This document shows positions 45,148 to 55,800 of a stretch of DNA of 64,000 nt, one piece after another. The DNA is from Candidatus Eiseniibacteriota bacterium (lineage in GTDB: Bacteria > Eisenbacteria > RBG-16-71-46 > CAVPCR01). The stretch spans positions 1 to 64,000 of the forward strand of contig CAVPCR010000005.1 in the NCBI GenBank assembly GCA_963702435.1, given 5' to 3'. The position numbers and the translations under genes are program-made. Each line of letters opens with the position of its first letter. Within the stretch, counting starts at the first letter, position 1. The notes below the pieces were generated by a model. It saw nothing but the letters and a program-made list of their open reading frames with translations. It did no database searches and had not been told where the DNA came from.

Positions 45148-48100
45148 TCAGATCGTGATGTTCAGGTAGGTCCGGAGCTCCCACTCGCGCCCGTTGTCGC
45201 CAGGCGCCGTGGGATCGCACACCGGCGTGCCGGTCGGGTCGGGGACCAGATCCGGGCAGTAGCGGCCCGAGTGCTCGTCGAGCGATCGCCAGGTGCCGCG
45301 GAGCCCGATGCGAGTCTGCGGCGCGCCGAACCACCGCGGCGCGCCCAGCGTGTGCGACACATCGCCCATCAGCTGCACCGGAAAGGTGAGATTGAAGTCG
45401 CGGTGGTAGTCGTACGGTCCCCAGTCGCCGAACTTGGCATAGCTCTCGATGGCGGTCGCGCCGAGCGCGGCGCGGCCGCCCACGCCGTAGCGGTAGATGA
45501 GACGCTGGTCGTTGCCGTTCGGCTCGCCGGTCCCGAAGAAGCCGTAGAGAGCCGCGCGGCGATCGCCGCGGAGCCGCGACACGGCGCGGGCCTTGACCTC
45601 CCACAGGTTCCGCGGCGGGGTGGCCTGCGGGAACGCGAACGTGTTGCCATTCGAGAGGACGCCGATCGCCACGTCCTGTGTCGTCGGGAAGTGCCGCACG
45701 ACGAAGCCGAGGCTTCCCGCCAGGCGGGCGTCCTCGCGCACGTTGTTGTCCCAGGCCCAGAGCCACGTCGCCGGCGTCGGGTCGTAGGTCACGATGACCT
45801 CGCCGGCGGTCATCTCGCGATTGGCGCGCACCGCGAAGGGATCGTCGAGGATGTTCCGCGGGCGCCCCGGCGGCGGGGCGTCGGCCGGGACCGGCCCGAC
45901 GAGCGGCTTCTGCCACAGGAAGTTCGGCCCGACCTGGTAGTCGCCGAGATGCACGGCGACGCCGGTCATCGCGTTCACTCCGTTGCCGAGGCCCGAGTCC
46001 TCGAGCTCCCAGCCCATGAAGTTCTGGACCGCGGTCGGACCGCCGTCGGCCACGATGCCTGCGTACGCTCCCTGCCCGTACCAGTGATAGGGCCCGCGCT
46101 CCCACGTGGCCTTGGCCCTGAGCCCGAAGTTGTCCGTGGTGCGGACGCTGTCCTGGAGGACGCGATAGGTGTCGCCTGACTCCTCGGCGATCTGGAACAG
46201 CTCGCCCTTCTTGGTCGAGCCGGCCCAGATGCCGCCGAGCTCGATGCCGAACGGCCCGCGCTTGGTCTCGAGGCTCAAGGTCGCCCGGCGCGTGGGCGGG
46301 GTCGGGATCGCGGTCGAGCTCGTCACCGTGGTCTGCTTGGCGAACTCGTTCTGGTAGACGCCGGTGTACGTGATCGAGCCGAGCGCGCGGCGGTACTTGA
46401 TGAGGAACGACGGGTTGGCGCCCCAGAAGAGCTCGGAGCCGAGGGCGAACTTGAGGCCGTCGAGCGTTTTGCGGCCCGTGAGCTGGAACCCGACCGGCGC
46501 CTCGGCATTGTAGATATCAACGTTCTCGCCGTAGTAGGCGTCCCGGTACAGGCCGAAGAAATCGCCCTCGTAACCCCAGTGCGTGTGGCCCGCGCGGTAG
46601 AAGGCGTCGAGCCCGAACCAGCGATCGTCCCAGGACATGGAGGCGCGGTAGACCTTCACGCGCTCGATGCCCTCGAGCCGGACGAGATCGCCGCTCTCGT
46701 CGACCAGCGTGCGCTGGCGCCCGCGGTTCTCGTAGAAGATCTCGTCGATCGGGTTCACCGGGACGTGCCCGAGGATGTTCACGGACAGAGTGCCGAGCAC
46801 GTTCTCGGCGGGACGGACCTCGAAGTCGGTGTAGAAGGATTCGAGGTGATCGAAGCCGACGAAGGCGGGGAGCGCCGTCCGCGGCGTCTCGGCGGGCGGC
46901 GTCGAGAGGCGCGTCCCGCCGGTCGAGTAGGTCTCGAACTCCATGCGCACGTTCGAGATGCGCACCGGATCCAGATCGTCGGCGATGCGGCTCGCGTTCG
47001 CGGCGCGCGCGTCGAGAGCGACGACCACGGGATCGATGGCCGCGAAGTGGGTGCGAATGGCCTCGCGATCGACGCCGGGGGCATACGGATCGAGCGTGAA
47101 GGCCTGCTTCAGGGCGTAGTAGGCGGCGCGCGGGTAGAGCTCGTAGAGCCCGCGGAAGTCGGACTTGCCCTTCGCGGTGATACCCCACCACTCCTCGTTC
47201 ATGTTGTTATCGCCCTCGACGAAGTCCTCGACATAGCCGCCGTTCGGCCACGAGGCGTGCGTGTCGTGGATGTCGAGGCGGCTGTCCTGGCCGTACTTCC
47301 ACCAGCCGTCGCTCCACTGGAAGATGAAGCCGCCGATCGCGTTCCCGACCAGGCCGTGGCCGGCCGACTGCTCGAAGATCTCCTGCCACTGGCCGAGGAG
47401 ATAGCGCGCCTGCGGGATCTGGTCCTCGCGCATCTCCTTCGCGTTCCAGGCGTCCGCGCCGAACTCCGAGTACATGACCGGGATGCCGAGCTTGTCCTTC
47501 ACCTCCTGGAAGAGGTCGCGGGCCGAGATGCCGCGGTAGACGTTGGTGCCCAGGATGTCGAGCGACTTGCACTCCTCGGCGATGAGACCGATGTACTGGA
47601 GATCGCCGTTGGCGATGGCGACGGGCCGGTGCGGGTCGCGCGCCTTGACCGCGCGGGTCACCTCCTCGAACATCGAGTAGAGGTAGCGCGCACGGGCCGC
47701 GTCGCGCTCGCCCACGGGCAGGGCCTCGATCTCGAACATGGTCCAGGTGAGCCCGTAGTTGTTCTCGTTCCCGAGGAGCCACATGAGGACGCCGGGGACG
47801 CCGTCGAACTCGGCGACCAGCGCGCCGATCTCGGCCACGAGCGCCGCCCGCAGGCGCGGATCGGAGTAGTCGACCGACGGCGTCCACACGCCGTCGAGCA
47901 TGTAGCCGTAGCGGGCGCAGGGGTGGTTGAGCACGGTCAGGATGCCGTAGCGCTCGTAGATGTACTGGACCCAGCGCGGCGGGATGCCGACGTACTGCCG
48001 GAGGGCGTTCACGCCCATCGCCTTGAGGAGCGGCATCTCACGGTCGAGCGCCGCGACGATGATCTCGTCCGGCTGCTTCCACAGATCGTAGAGGTAGTTC

Positions 48101-48378
48101 TCGCCGATCGGGATGTAGTCCCAGTTCATGCCGCGGACCATGAAGTCGCGGCCGTCCACCTGGAGCCGCGAGCCCGCGGCGTCGGCGACGATGCGCACAT
48201 CGGGGCGGGCCGCCGCGGGGCGGGCCGCCGCGGGGCGGGCGGCCGCGGGGCGGGCGGGGGCGCCGGTGCTGCTCTGCGCGAGGGCGGCGCCGGACGCGGC
48301 GATGACCATGACGATCATCGCCAGGGCGGCAGAGGAACTGGGGCCGGACCGGCCGAATCTAGCGAGTATCGAGCTCAC
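45148..48378 (-). CDS. Secreted clan GH-A (GH2-like TIM barrel) glycosidase fused to a ~550-aa beta-rich C-terminal region
   Basis: Signal peptide, MGVNALRQY, WLLGNENN (acid/base), MYSEFGAD (nucleophile), FQWSDGWWK, NEEWWGI. Aromatic-rich C-half ends WELRTYLNITI. Confidence 0.78.
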   Translation of the reverse strand: MSSILARFGRSGPSSSAALAMIVMVIAASGAALAQSSTGAPARPAAARPAAARPAAARPDVRIVADAAGSRLQVDGRDFMVRGMNWDYIPIGENYLYDLWKQPDEIIVAALDREMPLLKAMGVNALRQYVGIPPRWVQYIYERYGILTVLNHPCARYGYMLDGVWTPSVDYSDPRLRAALVAEIGALVAEFDGVPGVLMWLLGNENNYGLTWTMFEIEALPVGERDAARARYLYSMFEEVTRAVKARDPHRPVAIANGDLQYIGLIAEECKSLDILGTNVYRGISARDLFQEVKDKLGIPVMYSEFGADAWNAKEMREDQIPQARYLLGQWQEIFEQSAGHGLVGNAIGGFIFQWSDGWWKYGQDSRLDIHDTHASWPNGGYVEDFVEGDNNMNEEWWGITAKGKSDFRGLYELYPRAAYYALKQAFTLDPYAPGVDREAIRTHFAAIDPVVVALDARAANASRIADDLDPVRISNVRMEFETYSTGGTRLSTPPAETPRTALPAFVGFDHLESFYTDFEVRPAENVLGTLSVNILGHVPVNPIDEIFYENRGRQRTLVDESGDLVRLEGIERVKVYRASMSWDDRWFGLDAFYRAGHTHWGYEGDFFGLYRDAYYGENVDIYNAEAPVGFQLTGRKTLDGLKFALGSELFWGANPSFLIKYRRALGSITYTGVYQNEFAKQTTVTSSTAIPTPPTRRATLSLETKRGPFGIELGGIWAGSTKKGELFQIAEESGDTYRVLQDSVRTTDNFGLRAKATWERGPYHWYGQGAYAGIVADGGPTAVQNFMGWELEDSGLGNGVNAMTGVAVHLGDYQVGPNFLWQKPLVGPVPADAPPPGRPRNILDDPFAVRANREMTAGEVIVTYDPTPATWLWAWDNNVREDARLAGSLGFVVRHFPTTQDVAIGVLSNGNTFAFPQATPPRNLWEVKARAVSRLRGDRRAALYGFFGTGEPNGNDQRLIYRYGVGGRAALGATAIESYAKFGDWGPYDYHRDFNLTFPVQLMGDVSHTLGAPRWFGAPQTRIGLRGTWRSLDEHSGRYCPDLVPDPTGTPVCDPTAPGDNGREWELRTYLNITI
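48201..48255 (-). repeat. In-frame 15-bp repeat encoding (ARPAA)n linker
   Basis: CGGGGCGGGCCGCCG about 3.7 times, directly after the signal peptide. Confidence 0.8.
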
Positions 48379-49777
48379 GCGAGCATCCTCGAGTGGATCG
48401 CTGCAGCGGGATTGCTGCCTGGTCGGGGACCGCATTCGCGGTCACGACATCGCGGTACCAGAAGGCGCTGTCCTTGGGGCGACGTTCCTGGGTGGCGAAA
48501 TCGACCCAGTAGAGACCGAACCGCTTGGTGTACCCGTCGGCCCATTCGAAGTTGTCGAGGAGAGACCACGCGAAGTAGCCGTGGAGCGGAACGCCGGCGG
48601 CGATGGCCCGGTGCGCGGCCACGAGGTGCTCCTGGTAGAAGGCCACCCGGCGGGCGTCAGCGATCCGTCCCGTCGCGTCGGGCCCTTCGCTGTACGCCGC
48701 CCCGTTCTCGGTGATGTAGATCCGTGGCGGTCGATAGTCCCGGTCGAGACGCACGAGCAGATCGAAGAACCCCTCCGGATAGACCTCCCAGCCCATGTCG
48801 GTGAGCTCCACGCGTGGCGCCATGGGCACCGAGACGGGTTCTCCATCCGCACCCGCACGCACGACCGCCCGGCTGTAATAGTTGACGCCGAGGAAGTCAA
48901 GCGGGGCGGCGATGTCCTCGAGATCGCCGGCCTCGACGAAGGGGAGATCGGAACCCGGGAGCTCGCCCCGGCGCACGCGATCGGCGATCACATCCGCGGG
49001 GTAGCGCCGGCCGAAGAGAGGATCGAGAAACCAGCGGTTGAACGTGCCGTCGAGCCGGCGGGCCGCATCGCGATCGGCCGGGGCGGGCGAGGCCGGCATG
49101 ACCGGCATCAGGTTGAGGACGATGCCGACCTCGCTGCCCGGGGCGCGAAGACGCAGGACATCGGCGGCCCGACCGTGCGAGAGGAGCAGATGGTGCGCGA
49201 CCCGCAGGGCCAGAGCGGGATCGGTATGGCCGGGCGCGTGCCGGCCCTCCGCGTGACCCAGCGTGCTGATACACCACGGTTCGTTGTGCGTGGCCCAGTG
49301 GCGGACGCGATCGCCGAGGCGCGCGGCGACCGCGTGCGCGTACTCGATGAAGGTCTCGACCGTGTCGCGGGAGCGCCAGCCGCCGCGCTCCTCGAGCGCT
49401 TGCGGGAGATCCCAGTGATTGAGGGTGACAAACGGCCGGATACCGGCGGCGAGGAGGCGATCGACGAGCGCGTCGTAGAAGTCGAGACCGCGGTGGTTCG
49501 GCGCGCCGCGTCCCGCGGGCAGGACCCGCGGCCAGGCGATCGAGAAACGGTACGACCCGACCCCGAGCCAGCGCATGAGGTCCAGGTCCTCTCGCCACCG
49601 GTGGTAGTGATCGCAGGCCACGCTCGAGTCCGATCCGTCGGTGATGCGACCGGGAGTCGCCGCGTAGCGATCCCAGATCGACTCGCCGCGCCCCCCTTCC
49701 CGCTGGCCGCCCTCGATCTGCTGCGCCGAGGTGGCGACTCCCCACAGGAAGCCATCGGGGAAGGAGAGCATGACCAT
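48359..49777 (-). CDS. GH1 beta-glucosidase
   Basis: FLWGVATSAQQIEG, YRFSIAWPR, HWDLP, THNEP (acid/base), GVNYY, ITENG (nucleophile), WSLLDNFEW. Confidence 0.95.
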   Translation of the reverse strand: MVMLSFPDGFLWGVATSAQQIEGGQREGGRGESIWDRYAATPGRITDGSDSSVACDHYHRWREDLDLMRWLGVGSYRFSIAWPRVLPAGRGAPNHRGLDFYDALVDRLLAAGIRPFVTLNHWDLPQALEERGGWRSRDTVETFIEYAHAVAARLGDRVRHWATHNEPWCISTLGHAEGRHAPGHTDPALALRVAHHLLLSHGRAADVLRLRAPGSEVGIVLNLMPVMPASPAPADRDAARRLDGTFNRWFLDPLFGRRYPADVIADRVRRGELPGSDLPFVEAGDLEDIAAPLDFLGVNYYSRAVVRAGADGEPVSVPMAPRVELTDMGWEVYPEGFFDLLVRLDRDYRPPRIYITENGAAYSEGPDATGRIADARRVAFYQEHLVAAHRAIAAGVPLHGYFAWSLLDNFEWADGYTKRFGLYWVDFATQERRPKDSAFWYRDVVTANAVPDQAAIPLQRSTRGCSRELDTR

Positions 49778-49783
49778 CTGCGC

Positions 49784-50791
49784 TCAGCTCCCGGCAGAGG
49801 GCGCTGATGCGCCCTCTGGATAGAGATGGCAGCGCACGCGCCGGCCATCGGCCCACCGCGCCGCCGGGTCGACGGTGCGACAGACATCGAGCACGTCCGG
49901 ACAGCGAGCGGCGAACGCGCACCCGCCCGCCGGACCCCGGTCGTCGGTCGCGGTGGTGCGCCGCTCCCGCACCTTGCTGTCGCCCGCATCCGCGATCGCG
50001 GCCAGGAGCGCGCGCGTGTACGGATGCAGCGGCGCATCGACCAGCGCGCGACTCGGCCCGTCCTCGACGACGCGCCCGCGAAAGAGGACGAGGATACGCT
50101 CGGAGAGGTAGCGGGCCGAAGCGAGATCGTGCGTGATGAGGAGGATCGCGAGCCGGCGTTCCCGCTTGAGATCGGCGAGGAGATTGAGGACGCCCATCCG
50201 GATGGAGACGTCGAGCATCGAGGTCGGCTCGTCGGCGACGAGCAGGTCCGGATCGACGGCCAGCGCGCGCGCGATCGCGACGCGCTGCCGCTGGCCGCCC
50301 GAGAGCTCGAAGGGGCGGCGATCGATGAACTCCCGGGCCGGCTCGAGCCCGACTGTCGCGAGGAGCACGAGCGCCCGCTCGCGCACCCCGGAGGCCGTGG
50401 CCCGATGGTGGCGCCGGAGCGGGCGCTCGAGATGGTAGTAGACGCTGTGCACGGGATTCAGGGAGCCGAAGGGGTCCTGGAACACCATCTGGACCCGGCG
50501 CCGGTAGCCGAGCGAGGCCCGGCGGGGCTCCCGGGCCAGGACGTTCTCCCCGTCGAGGAGGATCTCCCCGCCATCGGGCGATTCGAGCCGGAGGACGAGC
50601 CGGGCCACGGTGCTCTTCCCGCTCCCCGACTCCCCGACCAGCGCCACGCAATCGCCCCGGTCCACCTGGAAGGACACATCCTGGGCCGCAACTGATTTTC
50701 TTGCAACGGATAAGAACCCGGGCGCGGCGAAGGTCTTGCTCACCGCGCGCAGCTCGAGGAGCGGAGCTGTGGCCTGGCCGCTGGCTTCCAC
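49784..50791 (-). CDS. ABC ATP-binding protein (OppF/DppF-like)
   Basis: GESGSGKS, VFQDPFGSLNP, LSGGQRQR, DEPTSMLDVS, HPYT, GCAFAARC. GGGAG then GTG 50791. Confidence 0.9.
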   Translation of the reverse strand: MEASGQATAPLLELRAVSKTFAAPGFLSVARKSVAAQDVSFQVDRGDCVALVGESGSGKSTVARLVLRLESPDGGEILLDGENVLAREPRRASLGYRRRVQMVFQDPFGSLNPVHSVYYHLERPLRRHHRATASGVRERALVLLATVGLEPAREFIDRRPFELSGGQRQRVAIARALAVDPDLLVADEPTSMLDVSIRMGVLNLLADLKRERRLAILLITHDLASARYLSERILVLFRGRVVEDGPSRALVDAPLHPYTRALLAAIADAGDSKVRERRTTATDDRGPAGGCAFAARCPDVLDVCRTVDPAARWADGRRVRCHLYPEGASAPSAGS

Positions 50792-50837
50792 CTGGTCTCC
50801 CGTGGCGTCCGGGGTGTCCCGAGGCCTCGCCGGTACC

Positions 50838-50910
50838 CTTTGTTCGATACTCGAACAAAAGGCTTTGTTCGACTGGCGAACATAGTGTATGATCTTCCGG
50901 TGGATGTCAA
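50838..50910. promoter_or_regulatory. Two tandem ROK-type operators over overlapping divergent promoters
   Basis: CTTTGTTCG-ATACT-CGAACAAAA (50838-60) and CTTTGTTCG-ACTGG-CGAACATAG (50863-85). Minus-strand TTGACA(50910-05)-17-CACTAT; plus-strand TTGTTC(50865)-17-TATGAT(50888). Confidence 0.78.
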
Positions 50911-50997
50911 GGGCAAGTCGGCCCCGACCGCCGCGGCCCAAGGACGGCCGCGCCGGAACGGTTCGACAGGATTCAACTCGGAAAGGCGACAGGAGCC

Positions 50998-51654
50998 ATG
51001 CTAACCATGCGCAATCTTCTATCGATGAGCATCGCAGCCTTGATGACCTTCTTCCTGATCGGGATGGCTGGCCCGGTGTCCGCCCAGTTGCTGAACCCCG
51101 GCTTCGAGTCGCCGGACGCGTCGGGCGGCGATGTGCCCGGTACGGCCAACTGGAGCTCGTTCAACAATGTCTTCACGACCGCAGCCACCTTCCGCAGCGG
51201 CACGCAGGCCTTGAAGACCTTCGGTCCCTTCTCCCCGGGCGGCGGCTCCGGGGCCGTGCAAGCGCTCCCGGCGCTCCCCGGGCAGACCTGGGTCGGCGAG
51301 ATCTACGCTCGGAATGCGAGCTTCGATCCCATCGACAACGTCGACTTCGGCGTCTACAAGATCGAGTTCTTGAACTCGAGCTTCCAGCTCGCTGCCGGCG
51401 GGATCTTCGGTGTCGATGTCTTCGAGTCGAACCAGATCAACGGCAACACACCGCTGGATACGTGGACGCTCCTCGGCGTCGGCACCGCTCCCGCCCCGCC
51501 GACCACCGCGTATGCCCAGGCCGTCATCGTCAAGGTTGACGTCGACGGCACGCAGGGCGGATCGATCTTCTGGGACGATGCCCGGCTCTTCCGTGATAAC
51601 CCGGTGTCCGTCGAGTCGAGCTCCTGGGGTCAGATCAAGAATCTCTTCCAGTAA
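50998..51654 (+). CDS. Secreted CBM-like jelly-roll protein with short C-terminal SWGxIK tail
   Basis: Signal ..GPVSA, LLNPGFE..W..KIEF..W..GGSIFWDDARL core, tail DNPVSVESSSWGQIKNLFQ*. Confidence 0.8.
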   Translation: MLTMRNLLSMSIAALMTFFLIGMAGPVSAQLLNPGFESPDASGGDVPGTANWSSFNNVFTTAATFRSGTQALKTFGPFSPGGGSGAVQALPALPGQTWVGEIYARNASFDPIDNVDFGVYKIEFLNSSFQLAAGGIFGVDVFESNQINGNTPLDTWTLLGVGTAPAPPTTAYAQAVIVKVDVDGTQGGSIFWDDARLFRDNPVSVESSSWGQIKNLFQ

Positions 51655-51684
51655 GACCGGCCCGGCGCGGTGCGCCGGCCACCT

Positions 51685-51729
51685 GGACGACGGGGCACCC
51701 CCGCAGGCGCGGGGGCTGCCCCGGCGTCC
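51685..51729 (+). terminator. GC-rich hairpin between the two paralogues
   Basis: CGGGGCA-CCCCCGC-AGGC-GCGGGGG-C-TGCCCCG stem-loop. No U-tract. Confidence 0.5.
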
Positions 51730-51791
51730 GGTGCGAGGAGCCGCGCTCGCGCGACGCGTTCGATGACGGACGCATGAAAGGAGACCTGACC

Positions 51792-52700
51792 ATGCACTTC
51801 CTCAGGAACTCCGGCTGGACCTGCATCGCCGCCGTTTCGGCACTGCTCCTCGCCGGGATGCACGGCAATGCGAACGCCCAGCTGCTCAATCCCGGCTTCG
51901 AGCTGCCCAACGCCTCGGGCGGCGACGTGCCGGGCACCGCGAACTGGAACACCTTCAACAACGTCTTCACGACGGCGAGCCTGTTCCGCTCCGGCACCCA
52001 GAGCCTGAAGACCTTCGGCCCCTTCGTGCCGGCCGGCGGGTCCGGCGGCACGCAGGCGCTCGCGGCGGCCCCGGGCGAGACCTGGGTCGGCGAGATCTAT
52101 GCACTCAACTCGTCGACCGACCCGATCGACAACGTCGACTTCGGCGTCTACAAGATCGAGTTCCGGAACGCCGCCGGCCAGCTGGCGGCCGGCGGGCTCT
52201 TCGGGGTCGACATCTTCGAGTCGAACCAGATCAACGCCTCGACACCGCGGGACACCTGGACCTTGCTCGGCGTCGGCACGGCGCCGGCTCCGGCCGGGAC
52301 GGCTTTCGCCCAGGCCGTCCTCGTCAAGGTCGACCTGGACGGCGCGCAGGGCGGTTCGATCTTCTGGGATGACGCCCGGCTGCAGCGCTTCGTGATCGGG
52401 GTGGCCGACGCGCCGCTGGCGCCGACGTTCGCCCTCCAGCCGAACGTGCCGAACCCGTTCAACCCGGCGACGCAGATCGGCTTCGCCCTGGCGCAGCGGA
52501 GCGTCGTGAACCTCTCGGTCTACGACATCACCGGCCGCCTCATCGTCACGCTGCTCGACGGGCAGCTCGACGCGGGGCCGCACGAGGTGACGTGGAACGG
52601 ACGGGCGGCGAACGGCTCCCCGGCCGCGGCCGGCGTCTACTGCTACGTGCTCGAGACGCCGGGCGGGCGGTCGGCGCGGAACATGACGCTACTCAAGTAG
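51792..52700 (+). CDS. Paralogous secreted CBM-like protein with FlgD-Ig CTD
   Basis: AAAGGAG RBS. Same core as 50998-51654, then IGVADAP..PNVPNPFNPAT..VYDITGRL..WNGR..AGVYCY..MTLLK*. Confidence 0.85.
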   Translation: MHFLRNSGWTCIAAVSALLLAGMHGNANAQLLNPGFELPNASGGDVPGTANWNTFNNVFTTASLFRSGTQSLKTFGPFVPAGGSGGTQALAAAPGETWVGEIYALNSSTDPIDNVDFGVYKIEFRNAAGQLAAGGLFGVDIFESNQINASTPRDTWTLLGVGTAPAPAGTAFAQAVLVKVDLDGAQGGSIFWDDARLQRFVIGVADAPLAPTFALQPNVPNPFNPATQIGFALAQRSVVNLSVYDITGRLIVTLLDGQLDAGPHEVTWNGRAANGSPAAAGVYCYVLETPGGRSARNMTLLK

Positions 52701-52829
52701 CGACGTGAGGCGGCAGTTTCCCGGCCGCCGCGTGTCTCGCGAGAATCGTGGATCCGACGCTGCGCCTCAGATCGTCTGAGGCGCAGCGCACATCCGGCGC
52801 GGCCGCGCACGAACCAGGACACAACTTCG

Positions 52830-55800
52830 ATGGCGACCAGCCTGGTCAGCAGCATCTCCGAGCCCGCGGGCGAATTCACCAGGGTGGAGGGCGAGGAGTT
52901 CTACCGGATCTCCGCCTACCACCGCCTCCCTCCCTTCCTGATGAGCATCGCGAGCGACAGCGATCTCTGGATGTTCGTCTCGTCCGGCGGCGGCCTCACC
53001 GCAGGCCGGGTCGATGCGGAGGGATGCCTCTTCCCCTACGAGACGGTCGACCGGCTCCACGACGCGCATCACCACACGGGCCCCATCACGCTCCTCTACG
53101 TCCGTCGCGGCCGCGAGGACGGCGCCCTGTGGCAACCCTTCTCCGATCCGGACCGCGCCGAGTTCGCCATCGAGCGCCATCTCTACAAGAACACGCTCGG
53201 CAACCGGCTCCTGTTCGAGGAGATCAATCACGATCTCGAGCTCACGTTCCGCTACCGGTGGGCGGCGAGCGAAGCCCTGGGCCTCGTGCGGAGCGCGACG
53301 CTCGAAAACCGGAGCCCGCGCGCCGTGTCGGTCGAGGTGCTGGATGGATTCCGGAACGTGATGCCCCACGGCGTCCCCCTCGCCCTCATGCAGAGGTCGA
53401 GCAGCCTCGTCGACGCGTACAAGCGCGTTGACTGCGATCCGGCGACCGGGCTCGGCATCTTCTCGCTCACGGCGCAGATCGTCGACCGCGCGGAGGCCGT
53501 CGAGGAGCTCCGCGCCAACGCGGTCTGGTGCACGGGACTCGACGACCCCGCCGTCCTCCTCTCGCTCGATGCTGTGGCGGCCTTTCGCCGCGGCGAGCCG
53601 CTGGCTACCGAGCGCACCCTGACCGGGCGGCGCGGCAACTACCTCGTCGCCTCGTCGCTCGATCTCCCGCCGCGCGCGAGCGCGCGCTGGCACCTGGTCG
53701 CCGATATCGGCCTCTGCCATCTCCAGCTGGCCACCCTCCGCTCTCGACTGCTCGGGAGCGAGGATCTCGGCGGGGAGATCGAGCAGAGCCTCGACGCCGC
53801 CTCCGACAACCTGCGGCGGAACGTGGCGAGCGCGGACGGGCTCGCGCTCACTGCGCGCCAGGAGACAGACGTTCATCACTTCGCGAACGTCCTCTTCAAC
53901 AACATGCGCGGCGGGGTCTTCGCCGACGGCTATCGCCTCTCGGCGGCGGACTTCGGCGCCTTCCTCCGCCGGCGCCACCGCGCCGTCGCCGATCAACACG
54001 CGGCCCTGGTCGCCGCCCTGCCGGCGGAGATCACGGCAGCCGATCTCCTGCGCGCGGCGGAGGGCACCGCGGATCCCGATCTCGAGCGGCTGAGCCGCGA
54101 GTACCTACCGCTCTACTTCGGGCGGCGCCATGGCGATCCGAGCCGGCCCTGGAACCGCTTCGTCATCCGGGTCAGGAACGACGACGGCAGCCGGGCCCTC
54201 GGCTACGAGGGCAACTGGCGGGACATCTTCCAGAACTGGGAGGCGCTGGGCCTGAGCTTCCCCGACTTCCTACCGAGCTTCATCGCCAAGTTCGTGAACG
54301 CGTCGACGGTCGATGGATTCAACCCTTACCGGGTCACGTCCGAAGGCATCGACTGGGAGGTCGCCCGCCCCGAAGACCCGTGGAGCAACATCGGCTACTG
54401 GGGCGACCATCAGATCGTCTACCTGCTCCGGCTGCTCGAGGCGATGGCCCGCGTCTCGCCGGGCGCGCTCGAGAACCTGCTGGCGCGGGAGATCTTCTCC
54501 TACGCCGATGTTCCCTACCGCCTGAAGCCGTATGCGGCGATCGTCGCCGATCCCCATCGCACCATCGTCTATGACACCTCGCTCGCGGCGCGGATCGAGG
54601 AGCGCGTGCGCGCGCTCGGCGCCGATGGGAAGCTCCTTCCCGGGCCGGATGGCGGGATCTACCACGCGAACCTGCTCGAGAAGCTCCTCGTCCCCGCGCT
54701 CTCCAAGCTCTCGAATCTCGTGCCGGGCGGCGGCATCTGGATGAACACGCAGCGGCCGGAGTGGAACGACGCCAACAACGCGCTGGTCGGGCACGGGATC
54801 TCGGTCGTGACCCTGTGCCACCTCCGCCGCTACCTGGGCCTGGTCGAGAAGCTCCTCGCCGGGCACGGCGCGGAGACCGCGGCCATCTCGACCGAGGTGG
54901 TCGCCTGGTTCCGCGAGCTGAGCTCGATCCTGGGCCGGGAGAGCGCCCTCCTCGACGCGCGGCCGCTCGACGATCGCGACCGGATGCGGATCCTCGAGGC
55001 CGTGGGCGAGGCGTTCTCGGCCTACCGAGCCCGGGTGTACGCCGGCGGTTTCTCCGGAAAGCAGCCGCTCGCCGTGGCGGAGGTCATCGAGTTCTGCGGA
55101 CACGCTCTCCGCCTGATCGACCACGCGATCCGCGCCAACCGGCGGGAAGACGGCCTCTACCACGCCTACAACCTGATCGAGATCGCTGCGAACGGCGAGG
55201 AGGCCCGGGTCCATAAGCTCTACGAGATGCTCGAGGGCCAGGTGGCCGCGCTGAGCTCGGGCCTCGTCGGACCGAAGGAGGCGGTCCGGCTTCTCGCGAG
55301 CCTCTTCGCGAGCGACCTCTACCGGGCCGATCAGCGGAGCTTCCTCCTCTATCCGGCGCGCGAGCTGCCGTCGTTCCTCCTCCGCAACGTGGTGCCTCCC
55401 GAGAGGGTGCGGGCGGTGCCGCTCCTCCGCGAGCTGGTGGCGACCGGGGAGCGCTCGCTCCTGGCCCGCGATGCGCTCGGCGTCCATCGCTTCCACGGCG
55501 ACATCCGCCACGCGCGCGATGTGGCCGCCGCGCTCGACCGGCTCGCCGGCGAGGAGCGCTGGGCGAGCGCGGTGGCACGGGACCGCCAGGCGGTCCTCGA
55601 CGTCTTCGAGGGTGTCTTCGCCCACCGGTCGTTCACCGGTCGCTCGGGCACCATGTACGGCTACGAGGGTCTGGGGTGCATCTACTGGCACATGGTGACG
55701 AAGCTCCTCGTCGCGGTGCAGGAGGTCACGCTCCGCGCCTTCCGCGAGGGCGAGTCTGCGCCGACGCAGGAGGCGCTGGTCGGGTTCTACTACCGCATTC

